Shown here piece by piece: positions 20,125-29,846 of a stretch of DNA of 64,000 nt. The position numbers and the translations under genes were made by a program. The DNA is from Chlamydiota bacterium (GTDB taxonomy: Bacteria; Auribacterota; Tritonobacteria; UBA1439), in NCBI GenBank assembly GCA_037133055.1, contig JBAXOY010000001.1, positions 32,236 to 96,235 of the forward strand. Reading direction: 5' to 3'. Numbering within the stretch: the first letter of the stretch is position 1; the number at the start of each line of letters is the position of its first letter. The notes under the pieces are model-generated. The model was not told the origin of the DNA. It saw only the letters and a program-made list of their open reading frames with translations, and searched no databases.

Positions 20125-20274
20125 GCAGAATACCCTCCATGGTTTATAGTGACATCTCAATCGCTTCTCACTATAGCAGATTGATCCCAAGGAGACTACG
20201 TGCAGACCTTCCGGTTCTCCGGATCATGGGACCGATGCGTATGTCGAGGTTGCGCCTCCCCTCTTTCGCGCCCC

Positions 20275-20763
20275 TCATGTCAGTGAAACACGCAGCAACT
20301 GCCTGAGGATCACCCACCGCGTCACGACAAACCCCAGCAGACCGGTGTACACGGCCTTGAACAAGGCGAACCGCGCGAAACAAAGCCCGGGGATACCGGC
20401 CAGATGAAACAGTCCACATGTGAGTGGCGCAAGAACGAACGCGATGCCGAACCCGAGCATCAGTCCCAGGGCCCACGAGTGACCGGGCAGGCGCGAGAGC
20501 AGACGTCCCTCACGGGAAAACCCGCTGACGGCCCTGACGCGCCCGGCCTTGAGATCACGATGGACACCGGATGTGACGAACAGCGCCACCAGCAGAGATA
20601 GGACGACCGAAGTCACTGCGGCATCGCTTACAATGCTGCGGAGCGGCATGAACCTCATCCCGCGGTTGCCGACCCATGCCAGTGCCGGGTTGAGCGCCAT
20701 GTTGATCACGGCCGCACTTGCGCCTTGTCTTCGAACGTACACAGCGACCGATTGCGGCATCAT
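20275..20763 (-). CDS. Hypothetical integral membrane protein
   Basis: Four predicted TM helices. No family recognised. Confidence 0.35.
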   Translation of the reverse strand: MMPQSVAVYVRRQGASAAVINMALNPALAWVGNRGMRFMPLRSIVSDAAVTSVVLSLLVALFVTSGVHRDLKAGRVRAVSGFSREGRLLSRLPGHSWALGLMLGFGIAFVLAPLTCGLFHLAGIPGLCFARFALFKAVYTGLLGFVVTRWVILRQLLRVSLT

Positions 20764-20810
20764 GTGACCTCCCGGCACACCGCAGTGCCTCGTCACCAGG
20801 TTCAGAAGGC

Positions 20811-21641
20811 CTAATAATACGACCCGGTGGACTGGAACGCGCTGCGGCGTTGCCTGGCCATATCCATCAAAAGGTTTTCAGCGGATTCAGGGGACGTTCG
20901 ATACTGGAGCCAGTACTTCCGGGCTGATTCAGGCAGGACGATGATGCCCTCCCCGTTCGCGACGCCCGCGAGGATGATCCGCGCCGCCTCTTCCGCGGGG
21001 ATCGCATTGTCCGGGGGCTTCACCTCCCTGCGTTCGCCGATGATCGGCGTCCCGTAGATGCGGGTGGCGACGTCCGCGGGGCACACGGCGGAGAGATGAA
21101 TGCCCTCGTCCGCGAGTTCGAAGCGGAGGCTTTCGCTGAGGCCCACCAGCGCATACTTGGTGGCGCAGTACAGGGCCTGGAACGGGAACGGCATGAGCCC
21201 GGCGAGCGACGACGTGTTGATGAGGTGACCCCCGCCCTGGCGGCGCATGACCGGGATGGCGGCGTGGACCCCGTAGATGATGCCCCAGAGGTTGACGTCA
21301 ATGAGGCGGCGCCAATGCTCCAGCGTCGCGTCGCCGATCGGCATCGTGCATCCGACGCCGGCATTGTTGAAGAGAAAATCCAGCCGGCCATGGCGCGACG
21401 CCGCGTCCTGGATCAACCTCTGCACCTGTCCCTGGCTCGTCACGTCGACGTTCGCGGAATGCACACGCCCGGCATGTGCGCCGAGCCGTTCGACCGCGGA
21501 GACCAGCGTCTTCGCATCCCGATCCGCCAGTACGACAGCCGCGCCCGCATGCAGAAGCGCTTCCGCGACTGCAAAGCCGATACCCGACGCCGCGCCGGTG
21601 ACCACGCACCCCTTGTCGCGGAAGTGTTCTTCGACATGCAT
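20811..21641 (-). CDS. SDR-family oxidoreductase
   Basis: TGAASGIG cofactor motif, NNAG, catalytic YCATK. Confidence 0.85.
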   Translation of the reverse strand: MHVEEHFRDKGCVVTGAASGIGFAVAEALLHAGAAVVLADRDAKTLVSAVERLGAHAGRVHSANVDVTSQGQVQRLIQDAASRHGRLDFLFNNAGVGCTMPIGDATLEHWRRLIDVNLWGIIYGVHAAIPVMRRQGGGHLINTSSLAGLMPFPFQALYCATKYALVGLSESLRFELADEGIHLSAVCPADVATRIYGTPIIGERREVKPPDNAIPAEEAARIILAGVANGEGIIVLPESARKYWLQYRTSPESAENLLMDMARQRRSAFQSTGSYY

Positions 21642-21979
21642 GTCACGTCCTCCCCTCTATGGACTTGTGTGATGGCGTTCGGTGATACTGCAAAACAAGG
21701 GTTCTCTTCCGTACCTTACCTCTCACGCAATCCGCGGACTGGACCGCGGACGGCGCTCCACGTAAAACGAAAAGAAGATTCCTACGCGATGCGCGCCTCG
21801 CAGGATTATAGGAGGGGTTATCCTCCTTGACCAGCATTTAGATTGCGCGCGTGCATCGGCCCCGGTGTGGCCGTCGCGAACCGGCGATCCGTACCGCGAC
21901 AGGCGCCGCCGCGACTGCCGCATCGCTCACGGGGCATGGCTGTGCTACACTGGAGCGGATAGGGAAGGCCGACCGTACC

Positions 21980-23098
21980 ATGGACACCGCGCGATTCATC
22001 CGCAACGAACTGCCCCGGCTCTTTCCGCCCCCGCCCCGCCCGGTGAGCGCGGCGCTCCTGAAACTCGGGCGCCGGCTCGCGGAGGGCGGGAGTCTTCGCG
22101 CGGCGGATGCGGCGAGCGCAGTGGAGATCATGATGGGGGGAGAGTGCGACCCGTATGAGGCGGGGCTCTTTCTCTCCGCGTTCCAATCGTCCGACTGCAC
22201 CCCGCGGGCGCTCGCCGCGATGGCCGGGGTGATGCGGGCGAAGATGGTGCCCGTCGCGGTCCGCCCAGGTGAAGGGCCCCTCGGCGACAACTGCGGCACG
22301 GGGGGAGACAGCCTGCATCTCTTCAATGTCTCCACCGCCGCCATGTTCATCCTTGCCGCGGCGGGGGTCAGGATCGCCAAGCACGGGAACCGGGCGAGCA
22401 CCTCGCGATGCGGGAGCGCGGACGCCCTCGAAGCGCTGGGCGCGCTGATCGATCTCGGCCCGGAGGAGGTCGCCCGCTGCATCGGGGAGGCCGGGATAGG
22501 ATTCATGTTCGCTCCGCGTTACCACCCGGCGATGAAAAACGTCTCGGAGGTCCGGAGGGCGCTGCCGTTCCGCACCGTCTTCAACCTGCTGGGTCCGCTC
22601 TGCAACCCGGCCCCCGTCGACTTCCAGATCCTCGGCGTCTATCATCCGGACATGCTCGACCTCGCGGGGAAAGCCGCGCGGATTCTGAAAATCCCGCGCG
22701 CGCTCATCGTCTGCGGCCGAACGGGGCATAAGGGTGCGTGGATGGACGAGGTGTCGGTATCGGGAGCGACCCGGGCGGTCATGCTCTCGAAGGGACGGAT
22801 GCGTCCCGTGGAGATCACGCCGCGCGCGCTTGGAATTCCCTGCGCCCCGATTGACTCGCTCCGGGGCGGGACGCCGCGCAGGAACGCGGGGATCCTCACG
22901 GAGATACTTGCGGGGAAGGACAAGGGCCCTCGCCGGGACATCTGTCTCGCCAACGCGGCCGTGGGACTCTATGCTGCCGGGACAGCGCCGGACCTCCGTG
23001 AGGGAATGGCCCGCGCACGCGAGGCGCTCGAGAGCGGCAGGGCAATCGAGAAACTCGAACAGTTCATCGCCGCGACCCGGCGTCTGGGTCAGAAATGA
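21980..23098 (+). CDS. trpD: Anthranilate phosphoribosyltransferase
   Basis: GTGGDSLHLFNVSTAAMF and KHGNRASTSRCGSADALEALG motifs. Isolated from other trp genes, so a TrpD2-like paralog is possible. Confidence 0.7.
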   Translation: MDTARFIRNELPRLFPPPPRPVSAALLKLGRRLAEGGSLRAADAASAVEIMMGGECDPYEAGLFLSAFQSSDCTPRALAAMAGVMRAKMVPVAVRPGEGPLGDNCGTGGDSLHLFNVSTAAMFILAAAGVRIAKHGNRASTSRCGSADALEALGALIDLGPEEVARCIGEAGIGFMFAPRYHPAMKNVSEVRRALPFRTVFNLLGPLCNPAPVDFQILGVYHPDMLDLAGKAARILKIPRALIVCGRTGHKGAWMDEVSVSGATRAVMLSKGRMRPVEITPRALGIPCAPIDSLRGGTPRRNAGILTEILAGKDKGPRRDICLANAAVGLYAAGTAPDLREGMARAREALESGRAIEKLEQFIAATRRLGQK

Positions 23099-23904
23099 TA
23101 TTCCGGGTTATGTCGGTCGAAATCCTTGTCGGTGAAGCCGGGGTTCAGCTCAAGGTTTTCGTAGAGGTATTCCTCGGAGAGGTTGTTGTCCCAGTCATAG
23201 ATTCGAATCTTCACCGGGAGGCCGTTCTCCTCGTCGAACCAGACCATGCACCGGTAGCAGTAGTACCCCTTCGAGCGGTCCGCCGGCAGCACCGACTCGA
23301 GCACCCGCGTACGCCGCCCGGAAACCGTCTCCGTCCCCCTGTCGATCACGTCGCTCGCCTTTTCACCCCGCGCGCGCCGCGCATTTTTCATGAATACATC
23401 GAGAAAATATCCTATCCCCGTGTGATTGATCGGGTGAATGTTGTCGCGCATCACCCAGTACCCGTCGACGTCGATGGGGATGACCGGGGTCACCATGCCC
23501 TTCCATCCCCCCGCCCGGACAAGTGCCCTCGGCCCGTACCGTGAAGGCGAGTAGAGCATCTCCTGGCCTTCATGCTGTTTCGAGAGCCATTTCATGTAGA
23601 CGTCCATCGGCTTCCTGAATTTGAGAAGTATCCGCTGGGCATCCTGGAGCCCGCCGCCGATGCGCTGGCGCTTCTCGAACATGCACCGGTACTCCCGCAC
23701 CTTCCCGTACTGTTCGACGGCACGGTCGATAACGCCATGAAGCCTCGCGAGGTCTTCACCCGCCGCGCCGGGCCCGGACTCTTCATTGCGGGGCGGCGCG
23801 GGCGCCGGAGCGACCGCGCACCCGTACATCGCGGCAAGCGCCGCGGAAACCGCAAGGACCCCCTGCACCCGTCCGAACCTCTTCACCCACGCCGCGTATT
23901 TCAT
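23089..23904 (-). CDS. DUF1571-like secreted lipoprotein
   Basis: Signal peptide with Cys (AAMYGCAV). Family resemblance only. Confidence 0.45.
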   Translation of the reverse strand: MKYAAWVKRFGRVQGVLAVSAALAAMYGCAVAPAPAPPRNEESGPGAAGEDLARLHGVIDRAVEQYGKVREYRCMFEKRQRIGGGLQDAQRILLKFRKPMDVYMKWLSKQHEGQEMLYSPSRYGPRALVRAGGWKGMVTPVIPIDVDGYWVMRDNIHPINHTGIGYFLDVFMKNARRARGEKASDVIDRGTETVSGRRTRVLESVLPADRSKGYYCYRCMVWFDEENGLPVKIRIYDWDNNLSEEYLYENLELNPGFTDKDFDRHNPEYHF

Positions 23905-26093
23905 TCGCCCTCCCCGTAGAGTTCCCGCACGACCGCCCTGAGCGTCTCAGCGTCGAGCAGGTATAGCTGGTTGAGAATATTTTTTCGGCCGTCGATCCCG
24001 GGAAACGCGCCGGGGCGCGACGCCACGCGGCCCACGATCGCATCGAGAACGCGGCGGCAGGCGTCCCTGTGCGCCCCCGTCGCTCCCGCGAGCTGCGCGT
24101 GGACCGTCAGGAGCCAGAGCGACGGATCGCCGCCGCGGGCGAGACTGCATACGGTGGCGCGCTCCTCGAACCATCTCTCGATCCGCCGCGGAGAGAAGAG
24201 CGCGCGAGCGGCGAGCCCGATGCACCGCGCGGGATGCTTCGAGACGGGGAGGAAGCGCCTCAAGTCGCCGAGGTGCAGGCGCTCGTGCGCGGCGACAAGT
24301 TCGGCGTACCGGTCCTCGATGCGCGCCTCGATCGGCTCCCCCGCCGGGCAGGAGATCGACCGGCAGACTTTCTCGAAAAGCCTCTTCTCGAGCATGCGTG
24401 AGAACAGCACCTCGCGCGGCCCGAGCGGACCACGGCCGGTCTCATCGAGAAACCACGAGTGCCCGAGCGGATCCCTCCTCCGCGAGCCCCGCGACTCGCA
24501 CAGGTCGCTCCACCGCGACGGGTCGTAGAAGACCGCGAGACCCGTGAACGGCGGGTAGGCCAGCCCGCTCTCCCCCTCCATCACGCCGCTGCCCGACGGG
24601 CAGCAGGTGGTCTCCCAGTGGAACGGCCCGCGCGCGTCGCCGCGCCTGAGCGCGCACCGGATCACCTCGGCGACCTCGAAGGTCATCCGCCGCGCGCACA
24701 CGTTCTCAAAAAAGATGATCTCGCGGTTCCCCCCGCGGAGCGCGTCGAGCAGCGGCTGGGGCCGTCCCGTGGCGTCGCCGAACCAGCGGACCCCGGCGAG
24801 GGAGCGGATCGACCCCGGCAGGACCACCGGCCGCCCCGCCGCCTCCGCCGTCACCCGGGTGAGCTCTCCCACCGCGCGGGGGAAAGAGATGCGGGGAGAC
24901 CGCCGGCGTGTGCCGCTATCGAGCCACTTCCCGTAGCGGCCCAGTGCGTCCAGAACCTTCACCCCCTCGGCATCCGCGGCGAGGGGACCGCCGCGCGCCG
25001 CGTCTCCTCCCTCGGCCCTGCGGACGGAGGCCGCCTCCGCCCACCAGCCCATCGCCTCGTACGACTCCGCAAGGGCGGCGAACGCAGCGGGACCGGCGCC
25101 GGGAGGTGCCGCGCGCGCCGTCTCCTCGACACGGCGCCAGAGGGGCAGGAGCCGGTTGTCCTCCGCGGAGAGCTGCATCCCGAAAAGCGAGCGCCACAGC
25201 CCGACCGCCTTCCCGTGGAGACCTGAGTCGGCGTAAAGGCGGCGCAGGTCCTGCGCGAAAACGAAGGGGAGCGGCCCCGCGCGCGCGGCGTTCTCGTACC
25301 ATTCGACCGCCCCCGCCCGGTCCCCGCCCCGCGCCAGAAAATATCCCCTGTACGCCGCGAGCGGCGGACTCCCCGGGAAACGGGCTGCCGCGATCGCGCT
25401 TATGGCCGCCCCCTCGTCCGTCCGGTCGAGGGCCTGGCACTCCGAAAGCGCCGCGGCAAACAGCTCGCCCGGCGCGTCCTCATCCCGAAGAAGCTCCCGG
25501 TAGAGTTGGAGGGCCCGCTCGCGCCTCCCCGCGAGCGACTCGAGATGCGCCTTCGCGATGCGAGCCTGCATGAATAACCGGTCACCGTCGAGCGCCGCGG
25601 CGATCTCCTCCTCCGCCCCCTCCCGGTCTCCCCGGCCCAGGAGATTCATGGCCCTGCCGTAATGCCCCCAGGGGAAACGCGGGTCGAGCGCGATCACCCG
25701 AGCGAACTCCCGGTCCTGGCTCGATGGATCGTCGAGAAGACGACCGTACAGGTAGCGCAGGGCGGGGTCGCCGGGGTTCCGGCGCACCGCCGCCCCGTAG
25801 TCCCGCGCCAGCTCCTCCTGAAACCCTAGGTCGAGCATGAGGTTCTGGTATTCCCGGTGCGCCGGGATATGGCCGGGGAGGAGAACGGTCGCGGCGCGGA
25901 ACTCATCGAGCGCCGCATCGTACCGAAGGGACATCCTGAGGGCGAGCCCCCGCCGGTAATGCGCGTCCGCCGGGGACGACGCCCCCCGGACGGACTCCCC
26001 GGGGGGGGATTCCTTTTCATCCTTCGAGGCCGGCGATGCCGCGGAAAGGGCACAGGCGCAGAACAACAGCGCGACTGCCGGGGTTCTTTTCAT
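23901..26093 (-). CDS. TPR-repeat secreted protein with large C-terminal domain of unknown function
   Basis: Start at MKRTPAVALLFCACALSAA (signal peptide). N-terminal half is TPR-like. 160-aa upstream extension rejected. Confidence 0.6.
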   Translation of the reverse strand: MKRTPAVALLFCACALSAASPASKDEKESPPGESVRGASSPADAHYRRGLALRMSLRYDAALDEFRAATVLLPGHIPAHREYQNLMLDLGFQEELARDYGAAVRRNPGDPALRYLYGRLLDDPSSQDREFARVIALDPRFPWGHYGRAMNLLGRGDREGAEEEIAAALDGDRLFMQARIAKAHLESLAGRRERALQLYRELLRDEDAPGELFAAALSECQALDRTDEGAAISAIAAARFPGSPPLAAYRGYFLARGGDRAGAVEWYENAARAGPLPFVFAQDLRRLYADSGLHGKAVGLWRSLFGMQLSAEDNRLLPLWRRVEETARAAPPGAGPAAFAALAESYEAMGWWAEAASVRRAEGGDAARGGPLAADAEGVKVLDALGRYGKWLDSGTRRRSPRISFPRAVGELTRVTAEAAGRPVVLPGSIRSLAGVRWFGDATGRPQPLLDALRGGNREIIFFENVCARRMTFEVAEVIRCALRRGDARGPFHWETTCCPSGSGVMEGESGLAYPPFTGLAVFYDPSRWSDLCESRGSRRRDPLGHSWFLDETGRGPLGPREVLFSRMLEKRLFEKVCRSISCPAGEPIEARIEDRYAELVAAHERLHLGDLRRFLPVSKHPARCIGLAARALFSPRRIERWFEERATVCSLARGGDPSLWLLTVHAQLAGATGAHRDACRRVLDAIVGRVASRPGAFPGIDGRKNILNQLYLLDAETLRAVVRELYGEGE

Positions 26094-26217
26094 GGGCAGT
26101 AGTATATACCGGAGAGACCCCGGTAACTGCATATATTGATGCGCACGGGGACGGTGTGGTATAGTGGACGCTCGGCACGCAGGCCGCGCACGACGAACCG
26201 AAAGGAGCCGGAAAGCC

Positions 26218-27492
26218 ATGAAACTCTTTGCCCGCAGCGCCGCGCTTTGCATCGCCCTCATATTTGCCTTGTTCACCATCGCAGCCGCCATGGGGCGCAA
26301 GCCCACGGGACCGCCCGCGGCCCCGGCGAGAGGGAAACCCGCGATGCCGTCCCTCCCGGTGACCGTCGTCCCCGCCCCGGAGGCACGACACGATGTCCCG
26401 GCAGCCCCCGTTCCCGCCGCAAGTCCCGTGCACCCCGTCAGCGTTGCGGGGGCACCGCATGAAACACCCCAGCCCGCCGCAACGCCCAAGGGGCCGCAGC
26501 CGAAGATCGTCTTCGAGGAGCTGAAACACGATTTCGGCGAGGTCGTGGGCGTTGAGAAGGTCGAGCACATCTACAGATTCCGGAACAACGGACCGGGAGA
26601 ACTGAAGGTGGACAAGGTCTCCACGACCTGCGGCTGCACCGCGGCGCTGATCTCGTCCAAGGAGATCCCGCCCGGCGGAAAGGGCGAGATCAAGACCACG
26701 TTCACCGTCGGGGGGAGACAGGGGAAGCAGACGAAACACATCTACGTCTTCTCGAACGACCCGATCGAGCCCAAGGCATGTCTCATTCTCGAGGGGACGA
26801 TCATTCCCCCGCTCGCCGTGGAGCCCGCGAACGTCATGCTCCAGGACACAAAGTCCGAATCCGCGCGGACGGTCAGGATCTTACAGACAATGCCCGAAGA
26901 GCTCACGATCGAGGAGCCGACCACGCGCCTGAACCTGGTGACTGCGAAGCTCCGCAGCGACCAGCCCGAGAACGGGAAGAAACGCTACACCATCGAGATC
27001 ACCCTTAAACCCGACCTCGAGACCGGCCGGTATTCCGAAAATCTGACCGTGGTGACGAACTGCAAGACGAAGCCGAAAATAGAGATCCCCGTGCGGATCA
27101 CCGTGAACGGGGACATCACGGCATCTCCCAGCCGGATAAGCCTCGGGCAGCTCGCCCCTGGACAGGAGGTCACCCGCTCGATCACCCTCGCGAGCACCCG
27201 GGATCAGGCGTTCACGATCCTGAAGATCGAGATCGACAACGCCGCGTTCACCATCAGCCCGTCGACTCCGCCCGCTCCCGCGCAGACATACACCTTCACC
27301 GTGACCGGGAAACCGGAGTCGGCGACCGGGGGGGTAAGGGCAACGGTCACCTTCACCCTCGATCACCCGAAGCAAAAAACGATCGAAGTCCCGATCTACG
27401 GATGGCTGCGCGTCGAGCGCACCCCCGTCCCGCCGCGCGCGGCCCCGCAGGGGAGCCCCGCGCCTGCCGCCGCAGGTCAGGTCAAGCCTTAG
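26218..27492 (+). CDS. DUF1573 domain-containing protein
   Basis: KVSTTCGCTAALIS motif and PapD-like fold typical of PF07610. AAAGGAG SD upstream of MKLFARS. Confidence 0.65.
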   Translation: MKLFARSAALCIALIFALFTIAAAMGRKPTGPPAAPARGKPAMPSLPVTVVPAPEARHDVPAAPVPAASPVHPVSVAGAPHETPQPAATPKGPQPKIVFEELKHDFGEVVGVEKVEHIYRFRNNGPGELKVDKVSTTCGCTAALISSKEIPPGGKGEIKTTFTVGGRQGKQTKHIYVFSNDPIEPKACLILEGTIIPPLAVEPANVMLQDTKSESARTVRILQTMPEELTIEEPTTRLNLVTAKLRSDQPENGKKRYTIEITLKPDLETGRYSENLTVVTNCKTKPKIEIPVRITVNGDITASPSRISLGQLAPGQEVTRSITLASTRDQAFTILKIEIDNAAFTISPSTPPAPAQTYTFTVTGKPESATGGVRATVTFTLDHPKQKTIEVPIYGWLRVERTPVPPRAAPQGSPAPAAAGQVKP

Positions 27493-28189
27493 CCCGAGCG
27501 GCCGGGAAGCGCAATTCCTTTTCGAGCGCCCCGCGCACATCCTCGAATGTGCGGTAGCGTCGGAAGCGTATGCCCTCTCGCGCGCAGTGCGCCGCGAGAA
27601 CCCCTTTCGCGAACACCACCTCCGCATGGCCGGCGGGGCAGCGGTCCGTCACCCCGTTCCCGATGAAGACGGTCCGCATCCCCCTCCGCTTCGCGCGGAC
27701 AAGGGGAGCTGATTTGCAGTGGTTGCATTCTCCGCAGAGCCGCCGCCGGCGCGAGGGGATCACTTTCCATCTCCGGCCGGAGACCCTCACCTCGTTCGCG
27801 CGCACCTCCAGCCCCCCGAGGCCGTGCCGGCGGAGCACCCGTCCGATGATCGAGGCGAACCCGCCGCTCAACACCGTGAGCGGCAGCCCCCGCTCCCCGA
27901 GCCATGCCGCGAAACGCGGGAATGAGGGGTCGATCGCCACGTCGCGGTCGACGACCGCCATCGCCTCGCCGCGAGGAGCGCGCACCAGGTCGAACTCCAT
28001 CTGCAGGCTCCTCCTGTCCCCGATGCGCCCGGCCGCAACCTCGGCCTCGATGCGTCGCCACGCGTTCCCGGTAAAGACGGTGAGAATATGCTGGAGCGAG
28101 TCGACGGTCGTCACCGTCCCGTCGAAATCCGTAAACACCGCCAGTTTCTTTTTCACGCGATCGAGTTCCCCCCGATGCCGGCCCGACAT
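27482..28189 (-). CDS. HAD-IB family hydrolase (MtnX / phosphoserine phosphatase-like)
   Basis: Motif I VFTDFDGTVT. C-terminal CxxC pair. Confidence 0.65.
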   Translation of the reverse strand: MSGRHRGELDRVKKKLAVFTDFDGTVTTVDSLQHILTVFTGNAWRRIEAEVAAGRIGDRRSLQMEFDLVRAPRGEAMAVVDRDVAIDPSFPRFAAWLGERGLPLTVLSGGFASIIGRVLRRHGLGGLEVRANEVRVSGRRWKVIPSRRRRLCGECNHCKSAPLVRAKRRGMRTVFIGNGVTDRCPAGHAEVVFAKGVLAAHCAREGIRFRRYRTFEDVRGALEKELRFPAARAKA

Positions 28190-28285
28190 GGTACGCAATC
28201 CCCCGCGTATGTGCAAGCGCGGCCTTGACTTTCAGCGCGGCCTTGACCCTCTTCTATTCGAGAAGGCCGCGGGGTATAATAGGCC

Positions 28286-29798
28286 CATGAAGATCCTGCG
28301 CCTCGTGGCGCTCTTCGTCATCCTCTTCTTCGCCGCGATTGCGGCGCTCTCCTACGCCCTGTTCCTCCGCCCGGCCGCGCTCAAGGCCCGGGTCCGGGAT
28401 CTCATCCGACAGTACCTTATCGCCGACATCAGCCTCGGCTCCGCGTCGCTCGACCCGTTTTCCGGCCTCACCCTCAGGGGGCTCAACGTGCGGAAATCCA
28501 AGGGGAACGAGCTGCTCTTCAAGGCGGACCGCATCCGCGTGAGGCCGCGATGGACCGCGCTCGCGAGGATGAAGTTCCGGGTCAAGGAGCTGAACCTGCA
28601 GAACGCCGACCTCCGGTTCGACAGGGACCGCGCGGGCCGCTCGAACTGGGAGGGGGTGGTCGCGAAGACTACGGCGGGCGGGGCGGGCCCTCCCCCGGTA
28701 TTCACGCTCACGCGCGGCAGGGTGACGATCGGCGGCTGTCTCATCCAGGGACTCACCTGCGAGCTCACGCCCTTCCCGTCGGAGAAGCTCGTCGCCCTGC
28801 GCGGCACGGTGGACGATCCGTTCTGGGGCTCCTACACCGTTTCCGGAAACGCCGACCTCGGCGCCGAAACGCTGCGGGTCTCGTTCGAGAGCACGGACCT
28901 GCGCGTCACCGAGGGCTGGATCACGGCCCTCCCGTTCATCGGCATGGACATCTGGACGCGCTATCGCCCCGCCGGGCTCTTCGACCTGACGGGGACTATG
29001 GCCCTGTGCTGGGGCTCCGCGCGCACAGGGGACTACAGCCTCATCTTCACCGCAAAGGATTCCTCCTGCCGCTATCTGGCATTCCCCGTCACGAAGGCGA
29101 CGGGGCGGGTGTTCGTGGACCCGCGCTCGGTGATCGTGAACCACCTCGACGGGAAAATGTTCGGCGGAACGGTTGAGGGATACAGCATCGTCAACCTCGA
29201 CACGCCGTGCACCTACTTCAACCGCTACAGCTTCGAGGACCTCGACATCAAGGCGCTCATCCGAGGGATCCAGCCGGCGGTGGAGGGGCTGCGCGGCAAC
29301 GGCAGCGGCTACGTGACCCTCCAGGGGGACCACTGCCTCGGCGAGGTGCAGGGGCGCGGGGAGCTCGCCGTGACCGACGCGCGCCTCTGGAATCTTCCCG
29401 TGCTCCTTCTCGTGCTTTCGAAAATCCAGCTCGCGTGGCCGACGCGGGAGGAACCCGCGCAGGAGTGCAGGATCGTCTACGCGTTCACCGGGCAGGTGCT
29501 CCGCATCGAGGAGATCAGCGTCTCAAGCGACGTCCTCGACCTCTACGGGACCGGGACGGTGGGGATCGACGGGGAGATCGACCTCACCCTCTACGCGCGG
29601 CCCGTCAGCAAGAGTCCCCTTTTTCTTGCGGGCATGTTGCTCCAGCCCGCCCTCGACAGCCTCTCGGGGAGTCTTGTCCAGTTCAGGGTCACCGGGACTG
29701 TCTCGGACCCATGCCTGACCGTCATCCCGCTCTCTCCCGTGAGCAGCAGGATCATCAACTTCTTCGACACCCTCACCCTAAAGCGCTTCAGCTCCTGA
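28286..29798 (+). CDS. AsmA-family / DUF748-like envelope protein
   Basis: N-terminal TM anchor MKILRLVALFVILFFAAIAAL followed by a long periplasmic beta-rich domain. Confidence 0.45.
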
Positions 29799-29846
29799 TC
29801 CCCGCCCCCTCATCTTCTCCATCTCGATCGCCCGATAGCTCGATAG

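Noticed and set aside
21818-22729. 303-aa minus-strand ORF antisense to trpD
   Set aside because: Antisense to a gene with clear TrpD motifs; R/G/P-rich translation.
28254-29333. 359-aa minus-strand ORF antisense to the AsmA-like gene
   Set aside because: Low-complexity, no family features. Antisense to a gene with signal anchor and coherent domain structure.
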